A stretch of 64,000 bases of DNA, from the NCBI GenBank assembly GCA_034530615.2, contig JAVRCV020000008.1:128001-192000 (forward strand), given 5' to 3'. The stretch comes from Aulosira sp. ZfuVER01. Its GTDB lineage: Bacteria > Cyanobacteriota > Cyanobacteriia > Cyanobacteriales > Nostocaceae. The notes beneath the pieces were generated by a model. That model did no database searches. It was not told where the DNA came from and was given only the letters and a program-made list of their open reading frames with translations. Shown here one piece after another: positions 18,388-28,861 of this stretch (positions are counted from its first letter, which is position 1; the number at the start of each line of letters is the position of its first letter). Made by a program: the position numbers and the translations under genes.

Positions 18388-19734
18388 TTACTTAAAAATT
18401 AAATCTAAGCGTTGCTGAGTAATATTGAGCGCTTCTGCTGGCAAATTTTTACCCAATAATACAGATTCAATTGCCCTACCTAAATTATCAGAAATCCGCG
18501 TATAGCTAGGAAAAATTGGACGCGATCGCCCATATTGTGCTTGTTCTAGAAATACCTTAACTTGCGGTAAATTCTGAATAAATTGCTGATATTTTGCACT
18601 TTGTCGCGATTTCAAATTTACAGGTAAATAGCCTGTCCCTAAAGCTAATTCGGTCTGAAATGCTTCACTAACTGCATACTCAGCAAACTTAAACGCAGCT
18701 TTTTGTTGTTCTGGCGTAGTTTTGAACAAGAATAAATTTTCACCACCAATACTAGTTGCCGGATGCTGGGCAACAGGAATCGGAAATACATCAAAATCTA
18801 CACCACTTTGTTGAAATTCTCCCAAACTCCAGGGGCCAGTTACTTGCATTGCCACCTTACCAGAAACTAAGTCACCAACTTCATAACCCCGTTCTGGTTC
18901 AGATAACATTGCTGAACCGTCTGCAACCAGATCGTGCCAAAATTGCAAAGCGGCGATCGCTCCTTGATTATCTTTTAAAGTTACGCCTGCTGCCTGTTGT
19001 GAATCGCCACTCACCAATTCACCACCGCTACTCCACATAAATGGTAGCCAGGTGAAGACTGTAAATTCTCCCTTACCCAAAGGCAAAAGCATACCGTACC
19101 GATCGATTTGGCCATCGCCATTAGTATCACGAGTTAATTTCTGAGCAACTTGCCGCAACTCCTGCCAAGTACGAGGTAATTTAGTAATACCTGCGGCTTT
19201 AAACAGACTGGGACGATAAAAAACACCGACATTATTTGTCGCAAAAGGCATTGACCAAATTTTGCCTTTATATTCCATTGAGCCAATTAAAGTTGGGTCA
19301 ATTTCGTTTTTGACTGGTGAACTTTCCAGCATTTCATCCACAGGAATTAAAGCATCAAGTTCCACTAATTGACCGGCGATCGTCGGGTTGTACCACAATA
19401 AATCAGGGGGTGCATTGCCTACCACTGCTGCCAAAATTTTCGGCATTTGCTGATCTTGTTGCCCAATATAAAGCGACTCCACTTGTATATTTGGGTGAGT
19501 TTGATTAAATTTATCTACCAACTTTTGCAACACATCGCGATTCGGCGGTGGATTTACCCCTTGCCATAGAGTTACATGAATCACTTTTGCTTCTTCCACC
19601 CGCCGCAGGATGGCATGACATCCAGTTAAAGCTAAGATGCCTACTAGCATCAACAGCAGCCAGCGTCTTAGGTAACGTGGTAATTTGTTTCTTTTTCGCT
19701 GGGAATGGTGAGAAGTTGCAAAAAAGTTGTACAT
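18388..19734 (-). CDS. Carbohydrate ABC transporter substrate-binding lipoprotein
   Basis: Lipobox LTGC; PPDL, FYRPSLF, PRTWQEL and GKVAMQVTGPW. Confidence 0.88.
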   Translation of the reverse strand: MYNFFATSHHSQRKRNKLPRYLRRWLLLMLVGILALTGCHAILRRVEEAKVIHVTLWQGVNPPPNRDVLQKLVDKFNQTHPNIQVESLYIGQQDQQMPKILAAVVGNAPPDLLWYNPTIAGQLVELDALIPVDEMLESSPVKNEIDPTLIGSMEYKGKIWSMPFATNNVGVFYRPSLFKAAGITKLPRTWQELRQVAQKLTRDTNGDGQIDRYGMLLPLGKGEFTVFTWLPFMWSSGGELVSGDSQQAAGVTLKDNQGAIAALQFWHDLVADGSAMLSEPERGYEVGDLVSGKVAMQVTGPWSLGEFQQSGVDFDVFPIPVAQHPATSIGGENLFLFKTTPEQQKAAFKFAEYAVSEAFQTELALGTGYLPVNLKSRQSAKYQQFIQNLPQVKVFLEQAQYGRSRPIFPSYTRISDNLGRAIESVLLGKNLPAEALNITQQRLDLIFK

Positions 19735-19909
19735 GAAATCGATGAATGACTAATTATCGAAAGCGATCGCCACAACTTTGGCACTTTTACTAAGTGTTGC
19801 ACAATTATCTTAGGTAAGAGTCAATGGTCAATCAATTTTGAATTTTAGATTGCCAATTTTGGATTGAACCCAACCACAAGGATATGTTGCACAAGGATTT
19901 TAAATTTTG

Positions 19910-19992
19910 AAGCCACTGCATTGCGGAGGAAAGTTGCGTAGGTGGGTTTCCCGGCTTGTTCGCTGCAAGCACTTCCGCAGGGTAGCAACTGG
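19910..19992. repeat. Small dispersed palindromic repeat cluster
   Basis: gccactgcattgcggagg...cttccgcagggtagcaactggc among ttttgaa/aaaatct heptamer runs. Confidence 0.5.
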
Positions 19993-20112
19993 CGTCAATC
20001 TAAAATCTAAAATCCAAAATCTAAAATCGTTTGACTCTTTTCCCAAATGCCTTTGCATTTTGGTAAAAGCTACGTATATCCTAAATTTTGAAATCATAGT
20101 TAAGTTCAGGTT

Positions 20113-20871
20113 ATGGCAGGACATAGTAAATGGGCGAATATTAAGCGCCAAAAGGCAGTAGTAGATGCAAAAAGGGCAAAGACTTTTACCCAACTGTCGC
20201 GAGCAATTATTGTTGCGGCGAGAAGCGGTGTGCCAGATCCCGCCGGAAATTTTCAACTGCGGACAGCAATTGATAAAGCTAAGGCGGCGGGGATTCCCAA
20301 TGATAATATTGAACGAGCGATCGCTAAAGGTGCAGGTACATTTGGCGGAGATAACTCCAGTTTAGAAGCGATTCGCTATGAAGGTTACGGCCCTGGTGGT
20401 GTAGCGATTTTAATTGAAGCCCTGACAGATAATCGCAATCGTACTGCTGCTGACTTACGCGCCGCTTTTAGTAAAAATGGTGGCAATCTGGGTGAAACAG
20501 GTTGTGTTAGCTGGATGTTTGAACAAAAAGGCGTTTGTACAATCCAGGGAGTAGGAGATGAAGAACCACTGTTAGAAGCATCCTTAGAAGGTGGGGCTGA
20601 GTCTTACGAAATGGCTGAGGATGAAATAGCGGAAGTCTTTAGCGCCGTAGAAAATTTAGAGACTCTCAACAAAACCCTCAACGACAAAGGTTTTACAGTA
20701 ACTGATACAGAATTGCGCTGGATTCCTAGTAATACCGTCGAAGTTACCGATACCGATCAAGCGCGATCGCTTCTGAAATTAATGGATACTTTAGAAGGTT
20801 TAGATGATGTTCAAAATGTGACATCCAATTTTGAAATGTCAGAAAGCCTAATGGCTATGAGTATTGTCTAG
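20113..20871 (+). CDS. yebC: YebC/PmpR family protein
   Basis: MAGHSKWANIKRQK, YEGYGPGGVA and LTDNRNRT. Confidence 0.95.
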   Translation: MAGHSKWANIKRQKAVVDAKRAKTFTQLSRAIIVAARSGVPDPAGNFQLRTAIDKAKAAGIPNDNIERAIAKGAGTFGGDNSSLEAIRYEGYGPGGVAILIEALTDNRNRTAADLRAAFSKNGGNLGETGCVSWMFEQKGVCTIQGVGDEEPLLEASLEGGAESYEMAEDEIAEVFSAVENLETLNKTLNDKGFTVTDTELRWIPSNTVEVTDTDQARSLLKLMDTLEGLDDVQNVTSNFEMSESLMAMSIV

Positions 20872-21119
20872 AGGAATATTTAGGAACTTCCAAATAGAGT
20901 AGGGAAGCAGGGAGCAAGGGGAAGAAACCGTTGTGTTAATTCCAGAAATTTGGATAATTTCTTTTTTGGAGTTCCCTGACAACAGAAAAACAGACATACA
21001 AATTTCATAGAAATTGCAAACTTATGACACAAAGCTATGGGATTGTTTGATTGTTAATACATAGATAAACAATTACCCTAAATAATTTGGTTAAAGTCTT
21101 GTTTTGGTTTTAAACATCA

Positions 21120-21338
21120 GGAGCATCCCAATTTTGCAAATTTATCAAATTCAAACTAGTTATTGCGAATGGAGCGTTAGCCCTTGGCGTTCCCGTTCGG
21201 CTTTCCCACAGGGTAGAGTAGGGTAGCAATCGCAGCAGCTAGACTTTGCAATTGCTTCTCTGCGAGACGCTCCGCGAACGCTTCATTTCATTACTCTCGC
21301 AATGACAAAATATGTTTTTACACATTTGGGATGCTCCC
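21120..21338. mobile_element. MITE-like element with terminal inverted repeats and nested palindromic repeats
   Basis: Left end ggagcatcccaattttgcaaa; right end tttacacatttgggatgctcc; no ORF inside. Confidence 0.6.
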
Positions 21339-21869
21339 TAAACATTACTATCTCCCGCATTTGCTGTCTCCTGTTCCCTACATCACCAAATAAAAGAGTA
21401 TCAATCTAAAAAATTTGTTTTTCCTCTGGTAAAACGCTGTTTATTTCTTGAGCTTGCTGCTATGATGAAGGTTTTTTATTTTGAATCTTGAGTATAGTTG
21501 CTATAAGATTTTTATATCAAAATTATGAAATGTCAGATGATATATCGATTCAAAAAAACAATTTTGTCAGAGAAAAATATAAAAATCTACATATAAAATT
21601 TATATAAACAACAAGCTAAAAACACATTATTTTGCGATACTATAATGGTCTGCTATCAAAGATATGCAAAATATCAAATAGAGAAGTTGGCGTTAACTCC
21701 CAAGTTTGGCTCTATTTTTAGCTGTATTAACTGCAAACCTATTTTCTAACCAACGTTTGAGGTTCTGATACAGCAGCCTCCGCCAAGATAAGTGACTGCT
21801 AATTTCTACACTCCATAGCAGAAAGAAAATTCTTTTTTGATTTTCCCGTAACTACACACTATACCATTT

Positions 21870-21900
21870 GAGCCTGTTACCTTCGGTAGCAGGTTTTTTG
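21870..21900 (+). terminator. Rho-independent terminator with no annotated gene directly upstream
   Basis: agcctgttacc-ttc-ggtagcaggtttttt. Confidence 0.7.
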
Positions 21901-22264
21901 TATTGTTAATTTATTCAAATAAATAGTTCTCATTTTAAAATTGTCGGCGGTTTTCTCTATTCTCTTTCTTCCCCAGGTAGATAATTGCGCAGCCTTTATT
22001 TGTTAAGCTAGAAAGTACTGGCTACAAACCCTCAAAATAATTTAAGCTTCGTTTATATGTCTTTACATAGTTATTTATTTATACACATTTATTAACTTTA
22101 ATCAAACTATTGTATGACCAGGAAACTGAAAACCTATTTACAATAAATGCAAAGCTTATAGTCAAAATCTCCACTAAAACTTCATAGGAATAACAAATCA
22201 CTGACATATACTTCTGGGATAGTTAAATCGTTGGTTACTTAATCAAATAAATCGTAAATCTCTC

Positions 22265-22474
22265 ATGAATAAATTAGCTAAAGGTTTACTTCTTGCTCTA
22301 GCGATCGCTACCCCTGTAGCTATGTCTGCACCCATTTTTCAAGCTGAAGCAGCAACCCCACATAAAACGCATCATGTAGCAGCAGCTAAAGCTAATGGTG
22401 GCAAAGTTGTTAAGCATAAACATCACAGGAAACATCTCAAGCACCGTGCTAATTCAGCAACAACTAAAAAATAA
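22265..22474 (+). CDS. Small secreted His/Lys-rich protein
   Basis: Signal peptide MNKLAKGLLLALAIATPVAM...AEA, mature part rich in H and K; terminator-like hairpin at ~22590-22628. Confidence 0.72.
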   Translation: MNKLAKGLLLALAIATPVAMSAPIFQAEAATPHKTHHVAAAKANGGKVVKHKHHRKHLKHRANSATTKK

Positions 22475-22669
22475 AACCTTGTATTTAGCTTTGCGCTTTG
22501 AAAGCCGCGATTACCTAGGGTATCAATAGTTTGTATTAGCTTTAAACTTAGTTTGTCTTTATTTATCTTTGCTCAAGATAACAACATTAAACCTCGCCGC
22601 GTTCCTTATTAATCAGCGAGGTTTTTTCTTATTTCAACTCAGTTAAGCTAATTAATGCACATTAAACTT

Positions 22670-22789
22670 ATATAGCAATCCTATTGGAGTTGTGAAAAAT
22701 ATCAGTGGTAGCTGTTAGCTATCAACTGTTAACTCTCATTGGTCAAGATTCTGTATTTGAGATTTCACAAATAATTAGGACTGCTATAT
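22670..22789. mobile_element. Short (120 bp) MITE-like element
   Basis: Imperfect TIRs atatagcaatcctattggagttgtgaaa / tttcacaaataattaggactgctatat. Confidence 0.6.
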
Positions 22790-23082
22790 GTTGACTAATA
22801 ATTCCTTGATGGTATAAAGCCAGCAGATTTATCTGTGGAATAAATCGAATATCAAAATTCCTAAGCCCTAAGATTAACCTGAAAATTCAATCCCAAATCT
22901 AAACTTAGCAACCCTTTTGAGATCTGAGTTTCTTAATTTTGAATTTTGCGGAAAGTCTGAGCGGAGGTTTCCTCCGCTCAAACTTTCCAAGAGAGAATTT
23001 TGAATTTTGAATTGATCTAACTTGCTCTAAACCGCCCAATTGCGTCAGAATAATAGTTAAGATGCTGTAATTTATCTTAACA

Positions 23083-24342
23083 ATGCCGCTAACACAGCTT
23101 TTGCAAACCCTAAACCCTCCCCAAACATCCACAGACAAGCGGGGATATGATTATGATTTGGTGATTGTCGGCGGCGGGATTATCGGATTAACCCTAGCCT
23201 CTGCCTTAAAAGATTCAGGCTTGAATATACTGCTGGTAGAAGCAAAAGTAGCATCAGCCGCAGTAGCCAAAGGGCAAGCCTACGCAATCCACATGCTTTC
23301 AGCGCTAATTTACCAAGGAATTGGTATTTGGGACAAAATTTTGCCTCAAATCGCCAAGTATAACCGCGTTCGCCTATCTGATGCTGACTATTCTGAGGTA
23401 GTGGAATTTGAAACAGCAGATTTAGGTACGCCAGAGTTGGGTTATGTAGCAGAACACCAAGCACTGTTACAACCCTTACAAGAATTTGTGCGCGATTGTG
23501 CCAATGTGACTTATATATGTCCCGCAGAGGTAGTTAATACACAGTACCAACAGGACATAGTAGCCATAGATATTAAATTGGCAGAACAGATCCACACAGT
23601 TCGCAGTAAATTACTAGTAGCCGCAGATGGAGCGCGATCGCCTATTCGCCAAGCAGCAGGAATTAAAACTCACGGCTGGAAATATTGGCAATCGTGCATT
23701 GTAGCTTTTGTGCAACCAGAAAAACCCCACAACAATACCGCCTACGAAAAATTTTGGACTAGCGGGCCGTTTGCAATTTTACCCTTACCTGGGAACCGTT
23801 GCCGAATTGTCTGGACAGCGCCCCATGCAGAAGCCAAAGCTTTATGTGAGTTAGATGATGAGCAATTTTTAGCAGAACTCACCCGTCGGTTTGGTAATCA
23901 GATGGGTAAGTTGCAATTATTAGGCGATCGCTTTATTTTCCAAGTACAACTCATGCAAAGCGATCGCTATGTCTTACCCAGATTGGCATTAATTGGGGAT
24001 GCAGCTCACAATTGCCATCCTGTTGGCGGACAAGGTTTAAATCTAGGTATTCGCGATGCAGCTGCTTTAGCTCAAGTACTGCAAACAGCCAACGCAGCTG
24101 GTGAAGACATTGGCAAAATCCAGATTCTCAAACGTTATGAACGCTGGCGTCAGCGAGAAAACCTGACAATATTAGGTTTCACCGATTTATTAGATCGGAT
24201 GTTTTCTAACAACTTCTTACCCTTGTTGATAGTTCGGCGTCTGGGTTTATGGATTATGCGTCGAGTACCAATGCTAAAAATCTATACTCTCAAGTTGATG
24301 ATTGGCTTAAAAGGGCAGACTCCAGAATTGGCAAAAAGGTAA
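23083..24342 (+). CDS. FAD-dependent hydroxylase, UbiH/COQ6 family
   Basis: IVGGGIIG, VAADGARS and GDAAHNCHPVGGQGLNLGIRD. Confidence 0.9.
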   Translation: MPLTQLLQTLNPPQTSTDKRGYDYDLVIVGGGIIGLTLASALKDSGLNILLVEAKVASAAVAKGQAYAIHMLSALIYQGIGIWDKILPQIAKYNRVRLSDADYSEVVEFETADLGTPELGYVAEHQALLQPLQEFVRDCANVTYICPAEVVNTQYQQDIVAIDIKLAEQIHTVRSKLLVAADGARSPIRQAAGIKTHGWKYWQSCIVAFVQPEKPHNNTAYEKFWTSGPFAILPLPGNRCRIVWTAPHAEAKALCELDDEQFLAELTRRFGNQMGKLQLLGDRFIFQVQLMQSDRYVLPRLALIGDAAHNCHPVGGQGLNLGIRDAAALAQVLQTANAAGEDIGKIQILKRYERWRQRENLTILGFTDLLDRMFSNNFLPLLIVRRLGLWIMRRVPMLKIYTLKLMIGLKGQTPELAKR

Positions 24343-24382
24343 ATTTGTCAAGAGTCATTATTCTCCTTATCTGCCTTGTCAA

Positions 24383-24552
24383 CGCCACTTGCTACAACGG
24401 GGGGAACCCCCGCAACGCAGTGGCTCCTCAAGTCGGGAGACCCTTTCGGCAGTTCCTCCTGGGGGGAACCCCCAAGACCGGACTGCCGACGCTCCTACGT
24501 CGCTACCGCTTCGCTAACACCACGCAACTGGCTCCGCAACGCAGTGGCTCCT
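24383..24552. repeat. Nested small dispersed repeats (SDR-like)
   Basis: ggggggaaccccc cores and duplicated cgcaacgcagtggctcc; related cores at 9040-9083, 22949-22988 and 33724-33832. Confidence 0.7.
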
Positions 24553-24567
24553 GCTTGTCTTCCCCTA

Positions 24568-27500
24568 CTACTCAACTCGTCCTGCTGCTTGAGCAATGAT
24601 TAGAGCCAAATTCGCCGGGTTAATTGGTTTGGTAATGTGGGTTTGAAAGCCAGCTAAGAGGTTTTGTGGCTGCTGAATATCTTCGGTATACGCAGTGAGT
24701 GCGATTACGGGAATTTGCCCTCCTAACTCTGGGGGCATAGCTCTAATTTGACGGATCAACGTATAACCGTCGATTTCTGGTATACCAATATTGCTCAATA
24801 ATACATTTGGCTGGAAGTCAATTAGAACTTGTAGCGCCTCGGTAGGCGATCGCACTTGAGTGACTTCGGCTCCTAACTGTTCTAGAAAGTAACTAATCAA
24901 ATCTCCTGTATCGAAATCATCATCGACAACCAGAACTTTGACTCCATTGAGATCGGGAAATTCATCTAGTTGTTTCTTACCTTGATAGCTATCTAAATGC
25001 GTCTGTATTAATGGCAGCGTTACTGTAAAGGTTGCTCCTTGCCCTTCTCCAGGGCTTTCTGCTCTCACCGTACCACCATGTAGCTCGACCAGGTGACGGA
25101 CAATGGCTAACCCTAAACCCAATCCACCAAATTTCCTGGTATTCGTGCTATCAGCTTGCCGGAAGTAGTCAAATACATAAGGTAAAAAATCAGGGCTAAT
25201 GCCTTTACCTGTATCCTCCACCTGTAACTGTACCTGGGAACCCAAGGATGCTAAACGAATTTCTATGCGTCCATTTGGCGGCGTAAACTTTACAGCATTA
25301 GATAGTAAGTTCCAAACAACTTGCTGTAAACGATTGCGATCGCCACAAATCTTACCGACATTCGGTTGTAGTTGCACTTGAAGCTGAATGCATTTAGCTT
25401 CAGCAGCTAACTGAACATTTTCTACAGCTGCGGCGATTGTTGATGCTGGATCAACTTGAGTAATATTTAAGTTGAGCTTGCCTTGCAGAATGCGAGAGAC
25501 ATCAAGTAAATCTTCAATCAACTCGGTCTGAAGTTTTGCATTGCGCTCGATAGTTTCCAGAGCGCGGGTAGTGGTTGCTTCATCACACTTTTGAGTACGC
25601 AGTAACTTCGACCATCCCAAAATTGGGTTAAGCGGTGTGCGCAGTTCATGGGAGAGAACTGCTAAAAATTCATCTTTGAGTCGGTTAGCTTGAATCAATT
25701 GCTCTGTTTGCTGCTGCAACGAAACCACTAATTCAGCACGTTCTAGGGCGATCGCTATTTGGTCAGAAGTTGCTTGCAGCAGCTCTATCTCCTCTGGGGT
25801 AAACTGATTACGGGTGCGGCTGCCAAAAGACAGTACACCAAGTAACTTGCCACGAGCAATTAACGGTTGAGCTGCATAAGCTGTCATATTTAAAGTGCAG
25901 AGTATCTCAGTATTTGGATGGGTGGAATGCTGCACATTGTTAACAATAATTTGACGATGTGTGTGTGCGGCTAATCCGCATACAGCTTGACCCATTTCCA
26001 GCCATTCAATTATCGGGACTACTCGATCGTCAATCCCACTCCACGACTTCAAGTGCAGTTTTTGCCTATTTCCCTGTGTATCGATTAGATAGTTAAAGTA
26101 ACAATGTAAATCCATCTGGGCTGAGAGTTTGGCGAACAAATCATTCATTAACTCTAGAGGGTGCTCAGTTGAAAGCAAATCACTAGCTGTTTCCGAGAGT
26201 AACTTCAATCGTTCACTATGTTTTTGTAAAGCTTGTTCTGCTTGCTGGCGTTGTCGTAGCGCGCGTTCGCGTTCGGTAATATCAACCGCCACGCCTCCTA
26301 CTAAGCATTTTCCAGAAGGATCGGTAATAGGAAACTTGTAAACCAAAAAGTCGCCCATCGTGCCATCTTGTAGTGGGGCTAACTCGATCGCCTCAACGAC
26401 TTGATTTGTCTGGACGACTTTTCTAATATTATTGAGAAATTTTTGAGCAATTTCTCTTGGGTAGAGGTCAAATACCGTTTTACCGATCGCGTCGGTTGTT
26501 GATAATTGGAATGTGCGGTAATAAGTTGGACTTAGATAGAGTATATGTCCTCGGCTATCTGTAATCCAGGCTGCGGCTGGGCTGTTGTCCATAAAAGCCT
26601 GAAATCGCTCTTCACTTTGGTGTAGCGCTCTTTCAGTTTGTTTGCGACTGCTAATGTCAAGAATAAAAGCCATTGATTGCTGTCGAGGCTCGCGTAACAG
26701 AGAGTAGCCAACTACAACAGGTACGCGGGAACCATCTTTACGAATAAATTCTTTCTCATAAGGGGTACAAGTTCCCTTAACCTTGGCTTCAGCGATACCT
26801 AATTCATCTAAATCCCAGTATTCTGGGGGCGTGATATTCAGCCAACTGAGTCTACCTGCTTGGAGATCGGCGCGACTATAGCCAACAATTCGTAGAAACT
26901 CTTCATTGGCTTCGACAATGCTACCGTTTTCATGACCAAAGAGAATTCCTACTAAATTCGCTTCAAAAAAACTTCTCAGCCGTTCTTGGCTAGCTCGAAC
27001 TACTGCTTCTGCTTCCTGGCGATCGCGTCGTGCAGCTTGCTGTTCGCTGATATTCTGAAAATATACGTTTATACCCTCTTCTGAAGGATAAACGTGGATA
27101 TCATACCAACAATCACAAGCTTGATAGTAGTATTCAAAGTTAATCGGCACGCTTTCAGCACAGGCGCGATGATATTGCTGATAAACTACAGTATCGGTGA
27201 ACACTGGATATTGCTCCCAAATGTTTTTACCCAGTAATTCATGGCGCGGTTGACCTAAAATGCGCTCTGCACAACTATTAATGTATGTAAAACACCAATC
27301 ACGATCCAAAGAATAAAAAGCATCGGTCATGCTTTCTAAAATAGTGGTGACTTGCGCTTTTGCGGTTTTTAACTCGGTTTGTAATTGTTGCTGTCGCTGC
27401 ACAGTTGCTTGACGCAAACGACTCATCTTCAAATTTATTTTGATTCGAGATAACAGTTGCGAGTCAGAAAAAGGCTGGCTGAGATAATCATCGGCTCCCA

Positions 27501-27819
27501 TTTCTAGCGCCGTTATACAAAGTTCTTCCTCCGCCTGTGGTGACAGCAGGATAATGGTTATATCTTGCGTTTGTGGATTTGAGCGTAGCGATCGCAATAA
27601 CTCTAATCCATCCATTCGCGGCATGATTAAATCAGCGATTACCAATTCAGGCAGCTGCTTTAATTGTTGGATATGAGTTAAAGCATCTATACCATCCACT
27701 GCTAAATGGAGTTGATAACGTTGGCTTAACAACTGCTGCAAGCGATCGCGCATTTGTGCATCATTGTTAGCTAAGAGAATTCGAGCAGCAGGGATATTTA
27801 CTTTTGTTTCTAGAGTCAC
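24568..27819 (-). CDS. Hybrid sensor histidine kinase: REC-PAS-PAS-PAS-GAF-HisKA-HATPase-REC
   Basis: LSHELRTPL, NLLSNAVKF, DTGKGI and GGLGLGL; three PAS repeats and a GAF domain. Confidence 0.93.
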   Translation of the reverse strand: MTLETKVNIPAARILLANNDAQMRDRLQQLLSQRYQLHLAVDGIDALTHIQQLKQLPELVIADLIMPRMDGLELLRSLRSNPQTQDITIILLSPQAEEELCITALEMGADDYLSQPFSDSQLLSRIKINLKMSRLRQATVQRQQQLQTELKTAKAQVTTILESMTDAFYSLDRDWCFTYINSCAERILGQPRHELLGKNIWEQYPVFTDTVVYQQYHRACAESVPINFEYYYQACDCWYDIHVYPSEEGINVYFQNISEQQAARRDRQEAEAVVRASQERLRSFFEANLVGILFGHENGSIVEANEEFLRIVGYSRADLQAGRLSWLNITPPEYWDLDELGIAEAKVKGTCTPYEKEFIRKDGSRVPVVVGYSLLREPRQQSMAFILDISSRKQTERALHQSEERFQAFMDNSPAAAWITDSRGHILYLSPTYYRTFQLSTTDAIGKTVFDLYPREIAQKFLNNIRKVVQTNQVVEAIELAPLQDGTMGDFLVYKFPITDPSGKCLVGGVAVDITERERALRQRQQAEQALQKHSERLKLLSETASDLLSTEHPLELMNDLFAKLSAQMDLHCYFNYLIDTQGNRQKLHLKSWSGIDDRVVPIIEWLEMGQAVCGLAAHTHRQIIVNNVQHSTHPNTEILCTLNMTAYAAQPLIARGKLLGVLSFGSRTRNQFTPEEIELLQATSDQIAIALERAELVVSLQQQTEQLIQANRLKDEFLAVLSHELRTPLNPILGWSKLLRTQKCDEATTTRALETIERNAKLQTELIEDLLDVSRILQGKLNLNITQVDPASTIAAAVENVQLAAEAKCIQLQVQLQPNVGKICGDRNRLQQVVWNLLSNAVKFTPPNGRIEIRLASLGSQVQLQVEDTGKGISPDFLPYVFDYFRQADSTNTRKFGGLGLGLAIVRHLVELHGGTVRAESPGEGQGATFTVTLPLIQTHLDSYQGKKQLDEFPDLNGVKVLVVDDDFDTGDLISYFLEQLGAEVTQVRSPTEALQVLIDFQPNVLLSNIGIPEIDGYTLIRQIRAMPPELGGQIPVIALTAYTEDIQQPQNLLAGFQTHITKPINPANLALIIAQAAGRVE

Positions 27820-28861
27820 AGTCTCTGCTCCTCATTCTTCAAGTATTTGGTTACTAAGTATTTGTCTGCACTTTATGAGATAGTGCGTCAACTCCTGCAA
27901 TCTCTTCTGCTTCTGCTTAACACAGCAGCTAGGTATCTGGAGTTGCTCTCCATATCTAGCAGGAGACTTTGACAAAAACAGATCAATTTGCTGCCGTAAA
28001 TCAAGCACTAAATCTAAAATTTTTAGCGGCTTTCTTACAGACATATTATTTTTTTATTTTTATATATAGAATGCAGAATAAGATAAATATTGTGCTACTT
28101 GTCTCTTACTTAGGAAATATCTTAGGAATAAATATACTTTTTGCCGTATCTATTCTCTCTACCGATATATGTACTACACAAGTGTATAAATACATCCCAA
28201 CCATTAGAGCTTGAGTAGTTTTATCTTTGTAGCTCTGCTTTTAAAATCTAATTTTTAGTAGTTAATAATTATTTTTAAGTACCCCATTAAGCTATTTATA
28301 TTATTTTGTATTCATTTATTTATATACTATCTATGTAAATAGTTATTGGTGTTCAAAAATAGAATAATAAAGATTAATATTAACAATATATAATAAATTT
28401 AAATAGCAAATTTTCTATAGAATTTATTTAAAGATAATTTCACCTGAATATTGGCAGTCTTACTTCAGTATGTAGCCTGATACTCTATAGAGATAGAATT
28501 TAATTTTTACAAACGAATATCTACTGAAATTCCTGATTTCACTGTTCTCTACCTCTAGTTTGTAAGTTCACAAATCAAATAGGATAGCTCAGACTACCGG
28601 GATCAGGAAAATAAATTAACTTTCATTAAGTGTGTTGCCTGATGCTCAATTTCCGCCAAATTTGGCCTATCCTCTACTGAGAGATAGATGTCAGGGGATC
28701 GCTAATGCGCTAAAAGTAATTCCAGTTCTGGCAAATCTTAGAATTCCGAGATTTGCAGGGTTTGAGATGAGATTAAAAATCAAAAATGAAAAAGTGGCGA
28801 CACTGACCGTCAGTAATGCTAAAGTTTCAAGAAATTCACCTGAAAATTTCAGCGGGTATTC

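Noticed and set aside
24249..24603. Short ORFs over repeat regions (also 19900-20256, 22905-23138, 30976-31258, 33712-33915)
   Set aside because: They are translations of palindromic or heptamer repeats, or overlap real genes.
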